From positions 1-49,198 of IMG/VR virus record IMGVR_UViG_3300025247_000004: a stretch of 49,198 nucleotides of DNA. One strand, given 5' to 3'. The position numbers were made by a program, and so were the translations under genes. The notes beneath the pieces are model-generated. The model was not told where the DNA came from. It made no database searches and saw nothing but the letters and a program-made list of their open reading frames with translations. The DNA is from a virus (Duplodnaviria > Caudoviricetes). Positions 1-9,547 of this stretch are shown here, in pieces. Within the stretch, counting starts at the first letter, position 1. Each line of letters starts with the position of its first letter.

Positions 1-173
1 CAAACCTACAAGGGGCAGACCTACAAGGGGCAAACCTACAAGGGGCAGACCTACAAGGGGCAAACCTACAAGGGGCAAACCTACAAGGGGCAAACCTACA
101 ATGGGCAAACCTACAAGGGGCAGACCTACAAGGGGCAAACCTAAAAGGGGCAGACCTACAAGGGGCAAACCTA
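1..173 (+). repeat. 15-bp tandem repeat (pentapeptide coding)
   Basis: About 11-12 units visible. Confidence 0.95.
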
Positions 174-413
174 CCTATATTCTGCAAATGGGGCCATTAT
201 ATCCGAGAAGGAAAAATCCATATAGGTTGTGAATCCAAAACACCTAAAGAATGGATTGAATGGTTGGAATCCGAGAAGGAATATGAAACCAAAAGGGGAA
301 CACTTGAATTTAAACGTATTGAGGCGACCATAAGGGCATATTGCTCATATGTGGATGTTATGGGAGAAGATTTATACCCTAAAACAAAAGATGATGAAAC
401 TGCTAAGGTGTAA
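1..413 (+). CDS. Pentapeptide-repeat protein, C-terminal part
   Basis: Frame 3 reads (A)NLQGADLQG...[30 protein letters not shown]...ETAKV with TAA at 411-413. Confidence 0.88.
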   Translation, partial: NLQGADLQGANLQGADLQGANLQGANLQGANLQWANLQGADLQGANLKGADLQGANLPIFCKWGHYIREGKIHIGCESKTPKEWIEWLESEKEYETKRGTLEFKRIEATIRAYCSYVDVMGEDLYPKTKDDETAKV

Positions 414-510
414 CGATGTGAACGGACGTATCGAAGTTGATTATGATATGGATGTTCTGGACCAAAAGAACTACCAAGAGCATACAAAGCAAATGATTAA
501 GGAGTTATGA
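391..510 (+). CDS. Small hypothetical protein (39 aa)
   Basis: [18 protein letters not shown]...IKEL; ATGA overlap with the ORF at 507. Confidence 0.45.
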   Translation: MMKLLRCNDVNGRIEVDYDMDVLDQKNYQEHTKQMIKEL

Positions 511-791
511 CAACTAGAAAGGATAAGGAAAAACTGATAATTGCCGTACAGGACAATATAGAGAAGTTCTCCGATAAAGAGAGGTACTGCAAGTTGATGG
601 TAAAAGGATATGAAGATGCCGGGCTTGCTCCAATGCTATGGATGTCCTATTACAGGAACTATCTATTAACTGGAAAAATGCCACCTGAACTAATCAAAAT
701 CAATATAGCATATGAAATCGCAAAAAACTTTGAGTGTGAGGTTGACGGTGAACCCAAAAAGGAAGTTCAACCTGACCGAGTGGATGCATAA
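507..791 (+). CDS. Hypothetical protein
   Basis: ORF coupled within the early operon. Confidence 0.7.
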   Translation: MTTRKDKEKLIIAVQDNIEKFSDKERYCKLMVKGYEDAGLAPMLWMSYYRNYLLTGKMPPELIKINIAYEIAKNFECEVDGEPKKEVQPDRVDA

Positions 792-860
792 CAATCAAGT
801 ATCGGTATTACATACTTCCCTTGATTTTGGAACAACAAGAGCAATAGAATCGGAAAACAG

Positions 861-956
861 ATGAACCTAGAAACAATTAACCTAATAGCCTCAATACTTC
901 TTTTTATAGGGATATTTCCTTTAGCAGTGTTGGGCAATAAAAAACCGAAGAGATGA
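861..956 (+). CDS. Small hydrophobic membrane peptide (31 aa)
   Basis: MNLETINLIASILLFIGIFPLAVLGNKKPKR; ATGA coupling. Confidence 0.5.
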   Translation: MNLETINLIASILLFIGIFPLAVLGNKKPKR

Positions 957-1087
957 AATTAATATTGAGAATTATTATTGGTATTAGTATTGGATTTACC
1001 GCACTATATATTAGCGAAACATTTATTTCTGGATGGACAGGAGGGTGTGTTTATCTACTTGTATCTAGGATTATTGACGAAATATAA
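953..1087 (+). CDS. Small hydrophobic membrane protein (44 aa)
   Basis: MKLILRIIIGISIGFTALYISETFISGWTGGCVYLLVSRIIDEI; ATGA overlap. Confidence 0.5.
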   Translation: MKLILRIIIGISIGFTALYISETFISGWTGGCVYLLVSRIIDEI

Positions 1088-1226
1088 AATGGAAACCTAC
1101 ACCCTGTCATTGATGATTTACATACTGCTGAACTATGCGGTGTGGGAGTATTTGAAATTAACTGAAAGGATATAATAGAGCCGAAGCGTTCACGGCAACA
1201 TTGGACGTAGTTTAAAACAATTAGTT

Positions 1227-1961
1227 ATGAGTTGGTTAGATAGACCAGAAGCAAAAAGGCCGAATCCGGCAACCAAGTTTTTATCATGGAGTTCAAATGA
1301 TAAATGCTTTAAGTATTACGACAAGGAAAAGGAACAAAACGTAATGGTTTCCCTTCCTATGAAGTTTGTGATACTAGAACACTACCACACTGTAAAAGGA
1401 TGGAACGATGCAAGCGAAAGCGGTATCTATTCCAATGAGGTTCTTTTTACTGGAACGGAAGAAATGGAAGTAAAATCATTTAAAGGTGGGTTGATCGCCA
1501 AAGGGTTTTACAAGGAGATAAAGCACAAGGTACACGAAGCTGGAGGCCATTATTGCCGTTCTGTTTATGTAGTACTTGAAACAGGGGAGCTTGCTAACCT
1601 AAGTTTAAAAGGCAGTGCTGTCAGTGAGTACTCCGATTTCACAAAGAATGCTGAACACCTTTGGCAAAAGAACTGGATGTCGGTCACAGAGTTCAAGGAA
1701 ATGAAAAAGGGAAGTATAAAGTACACCGTGCCTGTTTTTGGTATTGCTGATGAAATAAAGGATGCCAGTAAAATAATCCCTTTTGCAGAAGAACTCCAGG
1801 ACTATATGAAGGAATACTTTTCACCATCAAAGAACAGTGAGGTGGACAAGTACGAAATGAACAGTAACCTCCAGCCCACTCCCCCGCCCGAGGAAGATGC
1901 AAAACTGGCCGCTGCCGGAGGTGTTGACGAGGAAGAAATGGATGACCTTCCTTTTAACTAG
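1227..1961 (+). CDS. Putative phage single-stranded DNA-binding protein
   Basis: Acidic C-terminal tail ending DEEEMDDLPFN, as in SSBs; recombination-module context. Confidence 0.65.
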   Translation: MSWLDRPEAKRPNPATKFLSWSSNDKCFKYYDKEKEQNVMVSLPMKFVILEHYHTVKGWNDASESGIYSNEVLFTGTEEMEVKSFKGGLIAKGFYKEIKHKVHEAGGHYCRSVYVVLETGELANLSLKGSAVSEYSDFTKNAEHLWQKNWMSVTEFKEMKKGSIKYTVPVFGIADEIKDASKIIPFAEELQDYMKEYFSPSKNSEVDKYEMNSNLQPTPPPEEDAKLAAAGGVDEEEMDDLPFN

Positions 1962-1976
1962 GAGTTATAGTGTCTC

Positions 1977-2510
1977 ATGAGAAAAACTAAAAAATGCTTC
2001 AAATGCGGTGTCGAAAAAGAGTTGGATGATTTTTATAAGCATCCACAAATGGGCGATGGACACCTAAATAAGTGTAAGGAGTGCACAAAAAAAGACACCG
2101 CGGCGAGGCTAAATTATAAAATGAAGGATGAGTCTTTTAGAATTCAAGAGAGAGCAAGACAAAGAGGTAAATATTATCGATTGGGTTATAAGGATAAACA
2201 TAAGCCAACTCCAAAACAGAAAAAGAAACAAATGGAGCGGTTTAATGAAAAGTTTCCTGAAAAGAAAAAAGCTAGGTCAATGACCAGCCATTTAAAACCT
2301 AAAAATACTGGCAACCATTTACATCATTGGTCTTATAGAGATGAACATTTAAAAGAGGTTATAGAATTAAAACCAATAAACCATTATCAAGCGCATAGAT
2401 TTCTTGAATATGACCAAATAAATAAAATGTTCAGAAGTGTTTCAGGAGAGTTATTAGATAGTAAAATGAAGCATTTAAGATACTTGGTTGAATATAAATA
2501 TTCAGCGTAA
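1977..2510 (+). CDS. Zn-finger/HNH-like endonuclease
   Basis: CFKC...CKEC zinc ligands and a HLHHWSY...H...H segment typical of phage HNH-like proteins. Confidence 0.6.
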   Translation: MRKTKKCFKCGVEKELDDFYKHPQMGDGHLNKCKECTKKDTAARLNYKMKDESFRIQERARQRGKYYRLGYKDKHKPTPKQKKKQMERFNEKFPEKKKARSMTSHLKPKNTGNHLHHWSYRDEHLKEVIELKPINHYQAHRFLEYDQINKMFRSVSGELLDSKMKHLRYLVEYKYSA

Positions 2511-2549
2511 TGGAAGGTAGTAAGGAACAATTTTTAAAACAAAGACAAG

Positions 2550-3044
2550 ATGAGCATTCAGAATTACATAACGCACCTGAACAGAAGTATAGAGAATTTG
2601 AAGAACTATGCTATCTCAGGGGAATTGCAACCGCACGAAGCGTATGCACTCATTAAAGAATCAGGGGTTGATGAAATACTCAACTCCTGTATTACCGAAG
2701 TGAGGAACGCAGCAGTAGAGGAACTCCAAAGAAACTTTTTACAGGGCAAGGAAAAGACCTATAAGGACAATAGTTATAAGTACACCGTACGCAGTGGTTC
2801 GACCAGATACTACTTCACGGATGTTCCAGAGGTAAAGGAGAAAAAGACCATAACTGAATCCACTAAGGAATTTACAGAATGGAAGGCTACCGAAAATAAG
2901 TATAAAACAGCCTTTTTGATGAAGCAGAAAAATCAAATAATGGTTGATGAGGAAACAGGTGAGGTGATCGATCCATCAACTGTAAAGGTCGTGTATTCAC
3001 CTGATACACTTTCGATCAAGAAATTGGAAAAGGAACTGGTATGA
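2550..3044 (+). CDS. Hypothetical phage protein
   Basis: Coupled ORF. Confidence 0.7.
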   Translation: MSIQNYITHLNRSIENLKNYAISGELQPHEAYALIKESGVDEILNSCITEVRNAAVEELQRNFLQGKEKTYKDNSYKYTVRSGSTRYYFTDVPEVKEKKTITESTKEFTEWKATENKYKTAFLMKQKNQIMVDEETGEVIDPSTVKVVYSPDTLSIKKLEKELV

Positions 3045-3364
3045 AAAAAGACCTACGGTCAATATTGCACGAGATAGCGGATAGTGTTGATAAATACGAA
3101 TCCGGCACATGGCAGACAAAAGAGAACCTGATACTGTTACAGCGTTCCCTATCATCCAATGTGTACTATCTCACACAACACAATATAGAGGCTTTTCAGG
3201 ATTGGAACTCGATAGTGCACAAGTTTTCGGGAAGCAATGCAGCAGGGCAGACATTGGCGAACGAGGAAGTACCTGAACTTAGGTTGACAAGAAAGATTTT
3301 GGAGGCAGCAAAGAATGTCCAGATAGCCATTAGCAACGAATTGGGAATCATGAGAAATGAATAA
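3041..3364 (+). CDS. Hypothetical phage protein
   Basis: ATGA-coupled ORF. Confidence 0.7.
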   Translation: MKKDLRSILHEIADSVDKYESGTWQTKENLILLQRSLSSNVYYLTQHNIEAFQDWNSIVHKFSGSNAAGQTLANEEVPELRLTRKILEAAKNVQIAISNELGIMRNE

Positions 3365-3764
3365 AATAACCCAAAAACATAAAAATATTTATTACGCAAA
3401 GATTTGTCCTTACTGTGGTTCTGAAACTAGAGTTACAGACGAGCTAGAAGTTTATGGGAAATCTTATTCAGGTCGAAAGCAAATTGTATGTCAAAATTAT
3501 CCGAAGTGTGATGCTCATGTAGGATGTCATTCGTCAGGAAATCCATTAGGTAGGTTAGCTGATAAATCTCTTAGAGAGGCTAAGAAAAAAGCGCACGAAC
3601 ATTTTGACCTTTTATGGAAAAGTGGTGGTATGCAAAGGAGTGAGGCTTACGCAAGATTGTCAACTTTTTTAGGAACACCTAAAAAATATACCCATATAGG
3701 AATGTTCAGTGTGCAAACCTGTAAAAGAGTAGTTGAGTTTTCAAAACAAGAACTTGTAAAATGA
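3357..3764 (+). CDS. DUF3268-family zinc-finger protein
   Basis: CPYCG...C...CDAHVGCH...PLGRLAD...AH..FD.LW...HIG.F pattern. Confidence 0.8.
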   Translation: MNKITQKHKNIYYAKICPYCGSETRVTDELEVYGKSYSGRKQIVCQNYPKCDAHVGCHSSGNPLGRLADKSLREAKKKAHEHFDLLWKSGGMQRSEAYARLSTFLGTPKKYTHIGMFSVQTCKRVVEFSKQELVK

Positions 3765-4372
3765 CCCAAAAGCCCAAAAAGTGCAAAGGAATAAACAAGG
3801 CCCACGGCTATGATGGTTGTGGAAAGGAGGTGTTGAAACGCACTTATGGATTGTGTTCCTATTGTTACTGGGATTGGATGCAGAACACAGAAGCTGGACA
3901 GGTCCACTACAAAAAACAGTTTATACCAAAAGTGGAATCCAGGACTAAAAAAGAGATAAAGAAAAAGGAAAGACAGCGAAATGAATCCTTAAAGACCATT
4001 GCAAGATTGAAGAACGATGCAAGGGTTCCTTTTCAAAAGTTCATAAGGATGCGGGATGCAAACGATGCCTGTATCAGTTGCGGAACGACAACAGCAAAGA
4101 TTTGGCACGCAGGACACTATTTCAAGGCCGAGATTTTCACGGGATTGGTTTTCAATGAAATGAACGTGAACAAACAATGCGAAAAGTGTAACACCTTCCT
4201 GGATGGTAACGAAAGCGAATACCGGAAAGGACTTGTTAAAAAATACGGAAAAGAAGCGGTGAGCCGATTGGATGAATTAAGCAACTCAAAACGGGATTAC
4301 AAGTTTGATCGTGAAGAGTTGAGGAAAATCAAGAAAGAGTATCAGCAAAAAATCAAGGAACTAAATAAATGA
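3761..4372 (+). CDS. ninG: NinG/Rap-family recombination endonuclease
   Basis: FIRMRD...CISCG...WHAGHY...NVNKQCEKCN...YRKGL motifs. Confidence 0.88.
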   Translation: MTQKPKKCKGINKAHGYDGCGKEVLKRTYGLCSYCYWDWMQNTEAGQVHYKKQFIPKVESRTKKEIKKKERQRNESLKTIARLKNDARVPFQKFIRMRDANDACISCGTTTAKIWHAGHYFKAEIFTGLVFNEMNVNKQCEKCNTFLDGNESEYRKGLVKKYGKEAVSRLDELSNSKRDYKFDREELRKIKKEYQQKIKELNK

Positions 4373-4375
4373 ATC

Positions 4376-4681
4376 ATGCAAACACTAATCGATTTCACAA
4401 AATCACATGGAAGGGAGAACAACCCCAAAAGCCAAGAGAACTACGAAACGAACCTTGATAAGTTCAACCGTAACTGCCGTATAATTTTCGAGCAGTTGTT
4501 GACAGGGAAGAAACTGACAGGAATAGACGTGGTGAAGTTGGGAATGATGGAATACCGTAAAAGGTTCGATGACCTTAAAAAAGTCTATAAGATACCCGTA
4601 CAGGATGGTTATGTGGATGGTGAAAGATATAAGGCATGGTGGCTTGAAAAGAGTTTTATAAACCAGTATTTGGGTACATGA
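4376..4681 (+). CDS. Probable winged-HTH protein
   Basis: LLTGKKLT...EYRKRFDDLK pattern; weak. Confidence 0.5.
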   Translation: MQTLIDFTKSHGRENNPKSQENYETNLDKFNRNCRIIFEQLLTGKKLTGIDVVKLGMMEYRKRFDDLKKVYKIPVQDGYVDGERYKAWWLEKSFINQYLGT

Positions 4682-5085
4682 AGAAAAGACTGGCAGCAGG
4701 TGAACATCATGAGGTTAAGATAATAGCCGAAATAGTGGCAAAGTATTTTGATCTCTCTTTAAAGGAGCTTACAATGGAAACCAGAAAAAGGCACATTGTA
4801 TATCCAAGGCATATCTATCACTACATCTGCCATAAAAAAAAGGGTTTTACCACATATAAATCCGCATTTGTAACCAATAAAGACCATGCAACGGTACTAA
4901 ATAGTTGCAAGCAAGTTGAGAACTGGCTTTCCTATGATAAAGTGGTTAAAAAGGAAATAAAGGATATAGAGGGAATAATCAAAAAGGGCGATGTCTATTT
5001 TGAGGTACAGAAGATGATTGATGAAGTACCACACGGATGGTTGCCAAGAGTAAAAAAAGAACTTGAAAAATACATAATTGCATGA
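4678..5085 (+). CDS. DnaA C-terminal (domain IV)-like DNA-binding protein
   Basis: VAKYFDL...RKRHIVYPRHI...KDHATVLNSCKQV resembles the DnaA domain IV signature (RDHTTV). Confidence 0.75.
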   Translation: MKKRLAAGEHHEVKIIAEIVAKYFDLSLKELTMETRKRHIVYPRHIYHYICHKKKGFTTYKSAFVTNKDHATVLNSCKQVENWLSYDKVVKKEIKDIEGIIKKGDVYFEVQKMIDEVPHGWLPRVKKELEKYIIA

Positions 5086-5354
5086 CACCACCAAATCTTG
5101 ATGATTTTCTTGAACATGGATTTAAAAGATGCCGTATGGAGGGATTGGAGCCTGAAAAGTTCAGAAGAAGGCTTATAAACAAGTATGGTTATTGGGAGGA
5201 TGGGGATTGGCATGATGGAAATGATAAACCTATCAAGAACTGGAAAAGAAAACTTACCACTTCAATAGGTTATTGGAAAGCAGAAGATGTAAAAGTTAAT
5301 GAACCAAAAGTAATACAAGCGGACTTTTTAAAGAAACGATATGGAGTTAGTTGA
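5082..5354 (+). CDS. Hypothetical, possible replication-associated protein
   Basis: W.DGNDKPIKNWK motif resembles phage initiator C-terminal segments. Confidence 0.5.
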   Translation: MTPPNLDDFLEHGFKRCRMEGLEPEKFRRRLINKYGYWEDGDWHDGNDKPIKNWKRKLTTSIGYWKAEDVKVNEPKVIQADFLKKRYGVS

Positions 5355-6042
5355 AATCAAGGGCTATAATATGCCCATTCATACCCTACCTGATGAGAAA
5401 TGGGAAGAAACCATATGCAAAGGTCTTATTCCAAGGATAATGATGCTATTGTCCATCAATCTGGAAAAGAACCCGGAAAGGATAGCAGCAACCGAAATGA
5501 TGATAAAGGAAAGTGCTAACCGTATCAGTCCAGAGGAAATAGAAAAAGCCTTTAGACTTTATGTATTGGGCAAACTTCCCAATCTCGAGCCGATGGACAA
5601 CCATTTAACCCCAATTCTTTTCAATAAGGTCGTAACAGCTTACAAACAAACAAAACCCAAGGAAAAGCACGAGCCTATCAAACTTGATATTTCAGAGGAT
5701 GAAAAGGAAAGAAACTCCTTTTTGAACATAGTATATGCATTTGATGATTGGGAGGCCAAAAAAGAGGTTGCCTACGAATACCATACCGCTTATGACGAAC
5801 TGAAATCAAGGGGCTTTGTTTTCCCTCCAGACAGCAATGAATCCAAAAAGGTAATGGAATTGGCAAAGAGCAGATTATTAAGGGAATCATCAACCAACAG
5901 GCAGTTGAAGGAATCACTTAGGAAGGTTCTAGGAACGGATAAGGAACGCGGATGGGTAATAAATTACGGAAAGTGTGAACTGCTGTCACGCTACTTTAAA
6001 TCGGTTAAGGATGATAAAAAACACATCAAGGACATACTATGA
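5341..6042 (+). CDS. Hypothetical phage protein (replication module)
   Basis: Coupled 233-aa ORF. Confidence 0.7.
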   Translation: MELVEIKGYNMPIHTLPDEKWEETICKGLIPRIMMLLSINLEKNPERIAATEMMIKESANRISPEEIEKAFRLYVLGKLPNLEPMDNHLTPILFNKVVTAYKQTKPKEKHEPIKLDISEDEKERNSFLNIVYAFDDWEAKKEVAYEYHTAYDELKSRGFVFPPDSNESKKVMELAKSRLLRESSTNRQLKESLRKVLGTDKERGWVINYGKCELLSRYFKSVKDDKKHIKDIL

Positions 6043-6242
6043 AACTTAACCACGATAAACTACATGATGATATTGTCACCCACAACCTTAAAAATTACGA
6101 TACAATGCAAATGATGTTCGATAAGATTGGAATATCAAAGAGCATTTTACAGAATCTAAGAAAAGGCTGCGACATAAGATCATCCATATTGATAAAAGCA
6201 TTAACTGAATTGGATAAAGATTTAAAAGATTACTTAGTATGA
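6039..6242 (+). CDS. Small HTH (Cro/XRE-like) protein
   Basis: KIGISKSILQNLRKG HTH-like segment. Confidence 0.6.
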   Translation: MKLNHDKLHDDIVTHNLKNYDTMQMMFDKIGISKSILQNLRKGCDIRSSILIKALTELDKDLKDYLV

Positions 6243-6661
6243 GAGGTTATGAATTAGCATACATGATAGCTGAAAAGGCTTTTGAGAAAAAGAAAGACCT
6301 ATCTGGAAACCCGTATATGGAACATCTGGAAACTGTTGCTAGTGGATTTCCTGATAATTCAGAACAAAAGACGGTTGCAATCCTACATGATTTATTGGAG
6401 GATTGCCCAGAGTGGAATGAGAAATCACTAAGAGCATTGTTTTATGATAGCATTGTTAATTCCATTGTTGCATTGACTAAAAACGATGATGAATTATATA
6501 CAGATTACATCCACAGGGTATGGAAAGACAATACCGCTAAGAGAGTGAAAATTGCAGACCTAAAACACAATATGGATATAACCAGATTAAACAAAATAAC
6601 CGATAAGGATGTGTGTCGATTGAGAAAATACTTAGAAGCATATAAATATCTGACAAAATGA
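6239..6661 (+). CDS. Stand-alone HD-domain phosphohydrolase (SpoT/Mesh1-like)
   Basis: GNPYMEHL...AILHDLLED...VKIADLKHN motifs. Confidence 0.85.
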   Translation: MRGYELAYMIAEKAFEKKKDLSGNPYMEHLETVASGFPDNSEQKTVAILHDLLEDCPEWNEKSLRALFYDSIVNSIVALTKNDDELYTDYIHRVWKDNTAKRVKIADLKHNMDITRLNKITDKDVCRLRKYLEAYKYLTK

Positions 6662-6686
6662 AAACTGATTTAAAAGAGTATTTGGT

Positions 6687-7004
6687 ATGAAAAATTTTGA
6701 AAAGGATTTCGAACACTATTACAATACAAGGAAATGGGATATACAGCCACATGTAACTATTACTGGTTTTAAAGATGGCCCATTTTCAATGCAATGGGGT
6801 GTGTATGTTGATTTCTTTGATGGGCATGATATTAAAATCCAAATAGAACCAGACCAACCTGAAAGATATAAGGAAGGTGATGCTTTCATATGGTATGTTA
6901 TGATTGCCGCTAATATTTATTCTGATGATAAAGAATATATAAATCGCCAAGAAGCAAGAAAAGCAGCCTTGGAAAAAGCAATAGAGATTTATGAAACAAC
7001 TTAA
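6687..7004 (+). CDS. Hypothetical protein
   Basis: ORF in operon. Confidence 0.65.
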   Translation: MKNFEKDFEHYYNTRKWDIQPHVTITGFKDGPFSMQWGVYVDFFDGHDIKIQIEPDQPERYKEGDAFIWYVMIAANIYSDDKEYINRQEARKAALEKAIEIYETT

Positions 7005-7575
7005 ATACATACTGATAGCAATAGGGGCTTGGATTGTTTTCACCTCTTGCGAAAAGCACGAGTTTGCGTCCACTAAAATAACGTACCCATACGAGCCAGA
7101 GCAGGAAACGATAATCAATGTCGATGTTGTTCCCGTTGGTGATGTTGAGCTTGAAATGGAGGATATGGACTTAGAAGTGAACGCGGACTACTTCAATCGA
7201 TACGGAATAGGTGTAAGGCTTCACTTAAGGGATAGAATGGTCTATGACAAGGATAAGATTTACCCAATGGGGAAAAGCGGGAGTTTGACGGTTTATATCG
7301 TTCCTATGGACTACATAGGTCTTGAAGGAACCCTATCATATACCGTAAGGCAAACAAGCGATGCCAGAACGGTGACCAAGATAATCTTGGGAGAGCCTTT
7401 CCAAACCAACAGGACTTTGGCACATGAGTTGGGACACGCCTACGGATTAAGCCATTTAAGGGAAAAGAACAACGTAATGCAAGTTGGAACACAGGCATAT
7501 CAATACGATATACCCCACAACTTCAACGAAAAGCAGATTGATACTATAATGTCTAATGTTAATTGGTATAAATGA
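6991..7575 (+). CDS. Lipoprotein zinc metallopeptidase (metzincin)
   Basis: Lipobox VFTSC; HELGHAYGLSH = HExxHxxGxxH; downstream Met-turn NNVM. Confidence 0.85.
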   Translation: MKQLKYILIAIGAWIVFTSCEKHEFASTKITYPYEPEQETIINVDVVPVGDVELEMEDMDLEVNADYFNRYGIGVRLHLRDRMVYDKDKIYPMGKSGSLTVYIVPMDYIGLEGTLSYTVRQTSDARTVTKIILGEPFQTNRTLAHELGHAYGLSHLREKNNVMQVGTQAYQYDIPHNFNEKQIDTIMSNVNWYK

Positions 7576-8114
7576 ATCAAATACAAGAGTTTTTACAATA
7601 CATCCTTCAAAGTGTTAAATTTTGGGTAATAGTTCAACCTTGGCAAACTGCACTTATAGTAAGATTTGGTAAAAGGGTTAAAAAAGTAGAAAAAGGGGTT
7701 TATTTCAAAATTCCATATTTCGATAGTGTGTATATACAAGAATCAAGACTTAGGGTAACACCATTATCAATGCAGACACTTACCACAAAAGATTTAAAGA
7801 CCATAACACTTAATGGTTCGGTTGGTTATAGTATAGAATCTATCGAGGATTTATATAAAACACTATACCACCCAGAAACAACTATTGCAAATATTGTTAT
7901 GAGTGAGATTTCTGATTTCATTTATTCTAAGGATCTAGATGAAATAACCCCAAAGGAACTACAGGAGAAAGTTTTCTATATGCTCAACACTCATCAATAT
8001 GGACTAAGGTTTGAATACTTTAAGATAACAAACTTTGCTGTTGTTAGGACTTATAGACTGATTCAAGATCAAAGTTGGACAGACGAAACTTTAAGAATGG
8101 ATGAAAGCAAATGA
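7572..8114 (+). CDS. SPFH/Band-7 domain protein
   Basis: IVQPWQTALIVRFGK...GVYFKIPYFDSV...QTLTTKD pattern. Confidence 0.85.
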   Translation: MNQIQEFLQYILQSVKFWVIVQPWQTALIVRFGKRVKKVEKGVYFKIPYFDSVYIQESRLRVTPLSMQTLTTKDLKTITLNGSVGYSIESIEDLYKTLYHPETTIANIVMSEISDFIYSKDLDEITPKELQEKVFYMLNTHQYGLRFEYFKITNFAVVRTYRLIQDQSWTDETLRMDESK

Positions 8115-8149
8115 CAATAGAAACAGTAATAAAACAAGAAGTAAGATAG

Positions 8150-8395
8150 GTGACTAAGCAAGAAATCATAGAAGCACAACTGGAGGCCATTCAGATTTTT
8201 GAGGCCAACAATACCATGATGACAGTCAAGGAGTGTGCTGATTTCTTGGGGTGCAGTGAGGACACTGTTAGGCGTTCAATAAAGTCAGAGACGATCCTAG
8301 CTTATAATATAGGCGGATGGCGAATACCAAAACTACAATTCCATAAAGAACTTATTGAGCGTAGTATTCATTCCACTTCTCTAAAAGCCTCTTAG
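8150..8395 (+). CDS. xis: Excisionase-like HTH protein
   Basis: MMTVKECADFLGCSEDTVRRSI...IGGWRIP; convergent with the integrase. Confidence 0.75.
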   Translation: MTKQEIIEAQLEAIQIFEANNTMMTVKECADFLGCSEDTVRRSIKSETILAYNIGGWRIPKLQFHKELIERSIHSTSLKAS

Positions 8396-9545
8396 CGTGT
8401 TGGTCGGGCGTGACCTTGATGTACTTCAAAAAGTTTTTTTCAGTAGTGTGACCAGTGATCTGCATAATGGTAAGCGTATCAATTCCCATCAAATAATTGT
8501 TGGTAGCGAATGACCTTCTACAAGTATGGGAGCTTACCATTTTCCATTTTTCCATGTAACCTTTTTCCAATCTGTTTGTTTCCGGGTTTCTCCTGGAGCC
8601 ATAAACCTTGTATGTCATTCCAGATTTTTCACAAACTTCTTTAATCACCCTGTTAAATTCCTGCTCACTGCATTTTTCCGGCAATCCATTTTTAATCACT
8701 TCTTTTACTTGATGGTGCAATGGTATCACAACTTTTCTTCCAGTCTTTTGGGTTTCTATTTCAATCAAATCACCTTTAGGCTTGAACTTATCCCAGTCAC
8801 TTACCCTTAATCCCGTCCATAACCCTATAATGGCCCAATCCCTTACCTTTTTCCAACGCGGCGAAAGATCTTTTAGTTTGAAAAGTTTGTTTATTTCTTC
8901 CTCGTTTAAATAAATGCTATCGCTCTTTTCTTCGGGAATGAAGAAGTCCTTTGATAGGATGACCGGATTTACTGGACAACCACTTTTATTGGCTTCCCTT
9001 GCAAATTTCTTGATGTTCTTGATGTATCCGCCTAATGTGTTAGTGGAGTGTTCCTTTTCCGTTTTCAGAAAGTCTATGAAATCAGAATGTAATTTCATGT
9101 CCAAATCCTTGAAGTGTACCGTACCAAATTCATTGAAGAATTTTCTTGTTGTTTCATAGGCTTGTAAAGTTCGATTACTTAAAGGTTTAGTATCTTTCTT
9201 TTTAATCGTACTTGCACTGTCCACATACTGGTCTATAAAGTCGTTGAAGGTAATCACTTTATTAGTGTCGAACTGCTGCTTTAAACCCCTTAACGCGGGT
9301 TCTTTGCCGTTCATTTTACAAGCGGTGATATAGTTATCCACTTTGGACTGAAAAACCCTTAAAACGGCCTCAATCCCTTTAATGCTTATTTGCTTCTTTT
9401 TATTGATGGGCCACTGCCTGTCAAAATCCCATTGGTCAGGACGTATCTTCTCCCCTGTACTTTTCTTGAAATTCCTTCCCTCTATCCTATAAATTAGGTA
9501 TATTGGTGTGGGCTTATCTGCTTTTGGTTCTTTTAGATAAAACAT
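8352..9545 (-). CDS. int: Tyrosine integrase (Bacteroidota type)
   Basis: TGLRVSD, K, SSHTCRRSFAT, TGH...Y catalytic residues; N-terminal arm-binding and SAM-like regions. Confidence 0.95.
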   Translation of the reverse strand: MFYLKEPKADKPTPIYLIYRIEGRNFKKSTGEKIRPDQWDFDRQWPINKKKQISIKGIEAVLRVFQSKVDNYITACKMNGKEPALRGLKQQFDTNKVITFNDFIDQYVDSASTIKKKDTKPLSNRTLQAYETTRKFFNEFGTVHFKDLDMKLHSDFIDFLKTEKEHSTNTLGGYIKNIKKFAREANKSGCPVNPVILSKDFFIPEEKSDSIYLNEEEINKLFKLKDLSPRWKKVRDWAIIGLWTGLRVSDWDKFKPKGDLIEIETQKTGRKVVIPLHHQVKEVIKNGLPEKCSEQEFNRVIKEVCEKSGMTYKVYGSRRNPETNRLEKGYMEKWKMVSSHTCRRSFATNNYLMGIDTLTIMQITGHTTEKNFLKYIKVTPDQHAKRLLEKWNEYYAQ

Positions 9546-9547
9546 AG

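Noticed and set aside
1-173. Terminal repeats as a CRISPR array or a true direct terminal repeat
   Set aside because: There are no spacers, the units code in frame, and the two ends share only the repeat unit rather than a long exact overlap
978-1175. 65-aa TTG-start ORF
   Set aside because: Better explained by two coupled ATG ORFs (953-1087 and 1089-1175)
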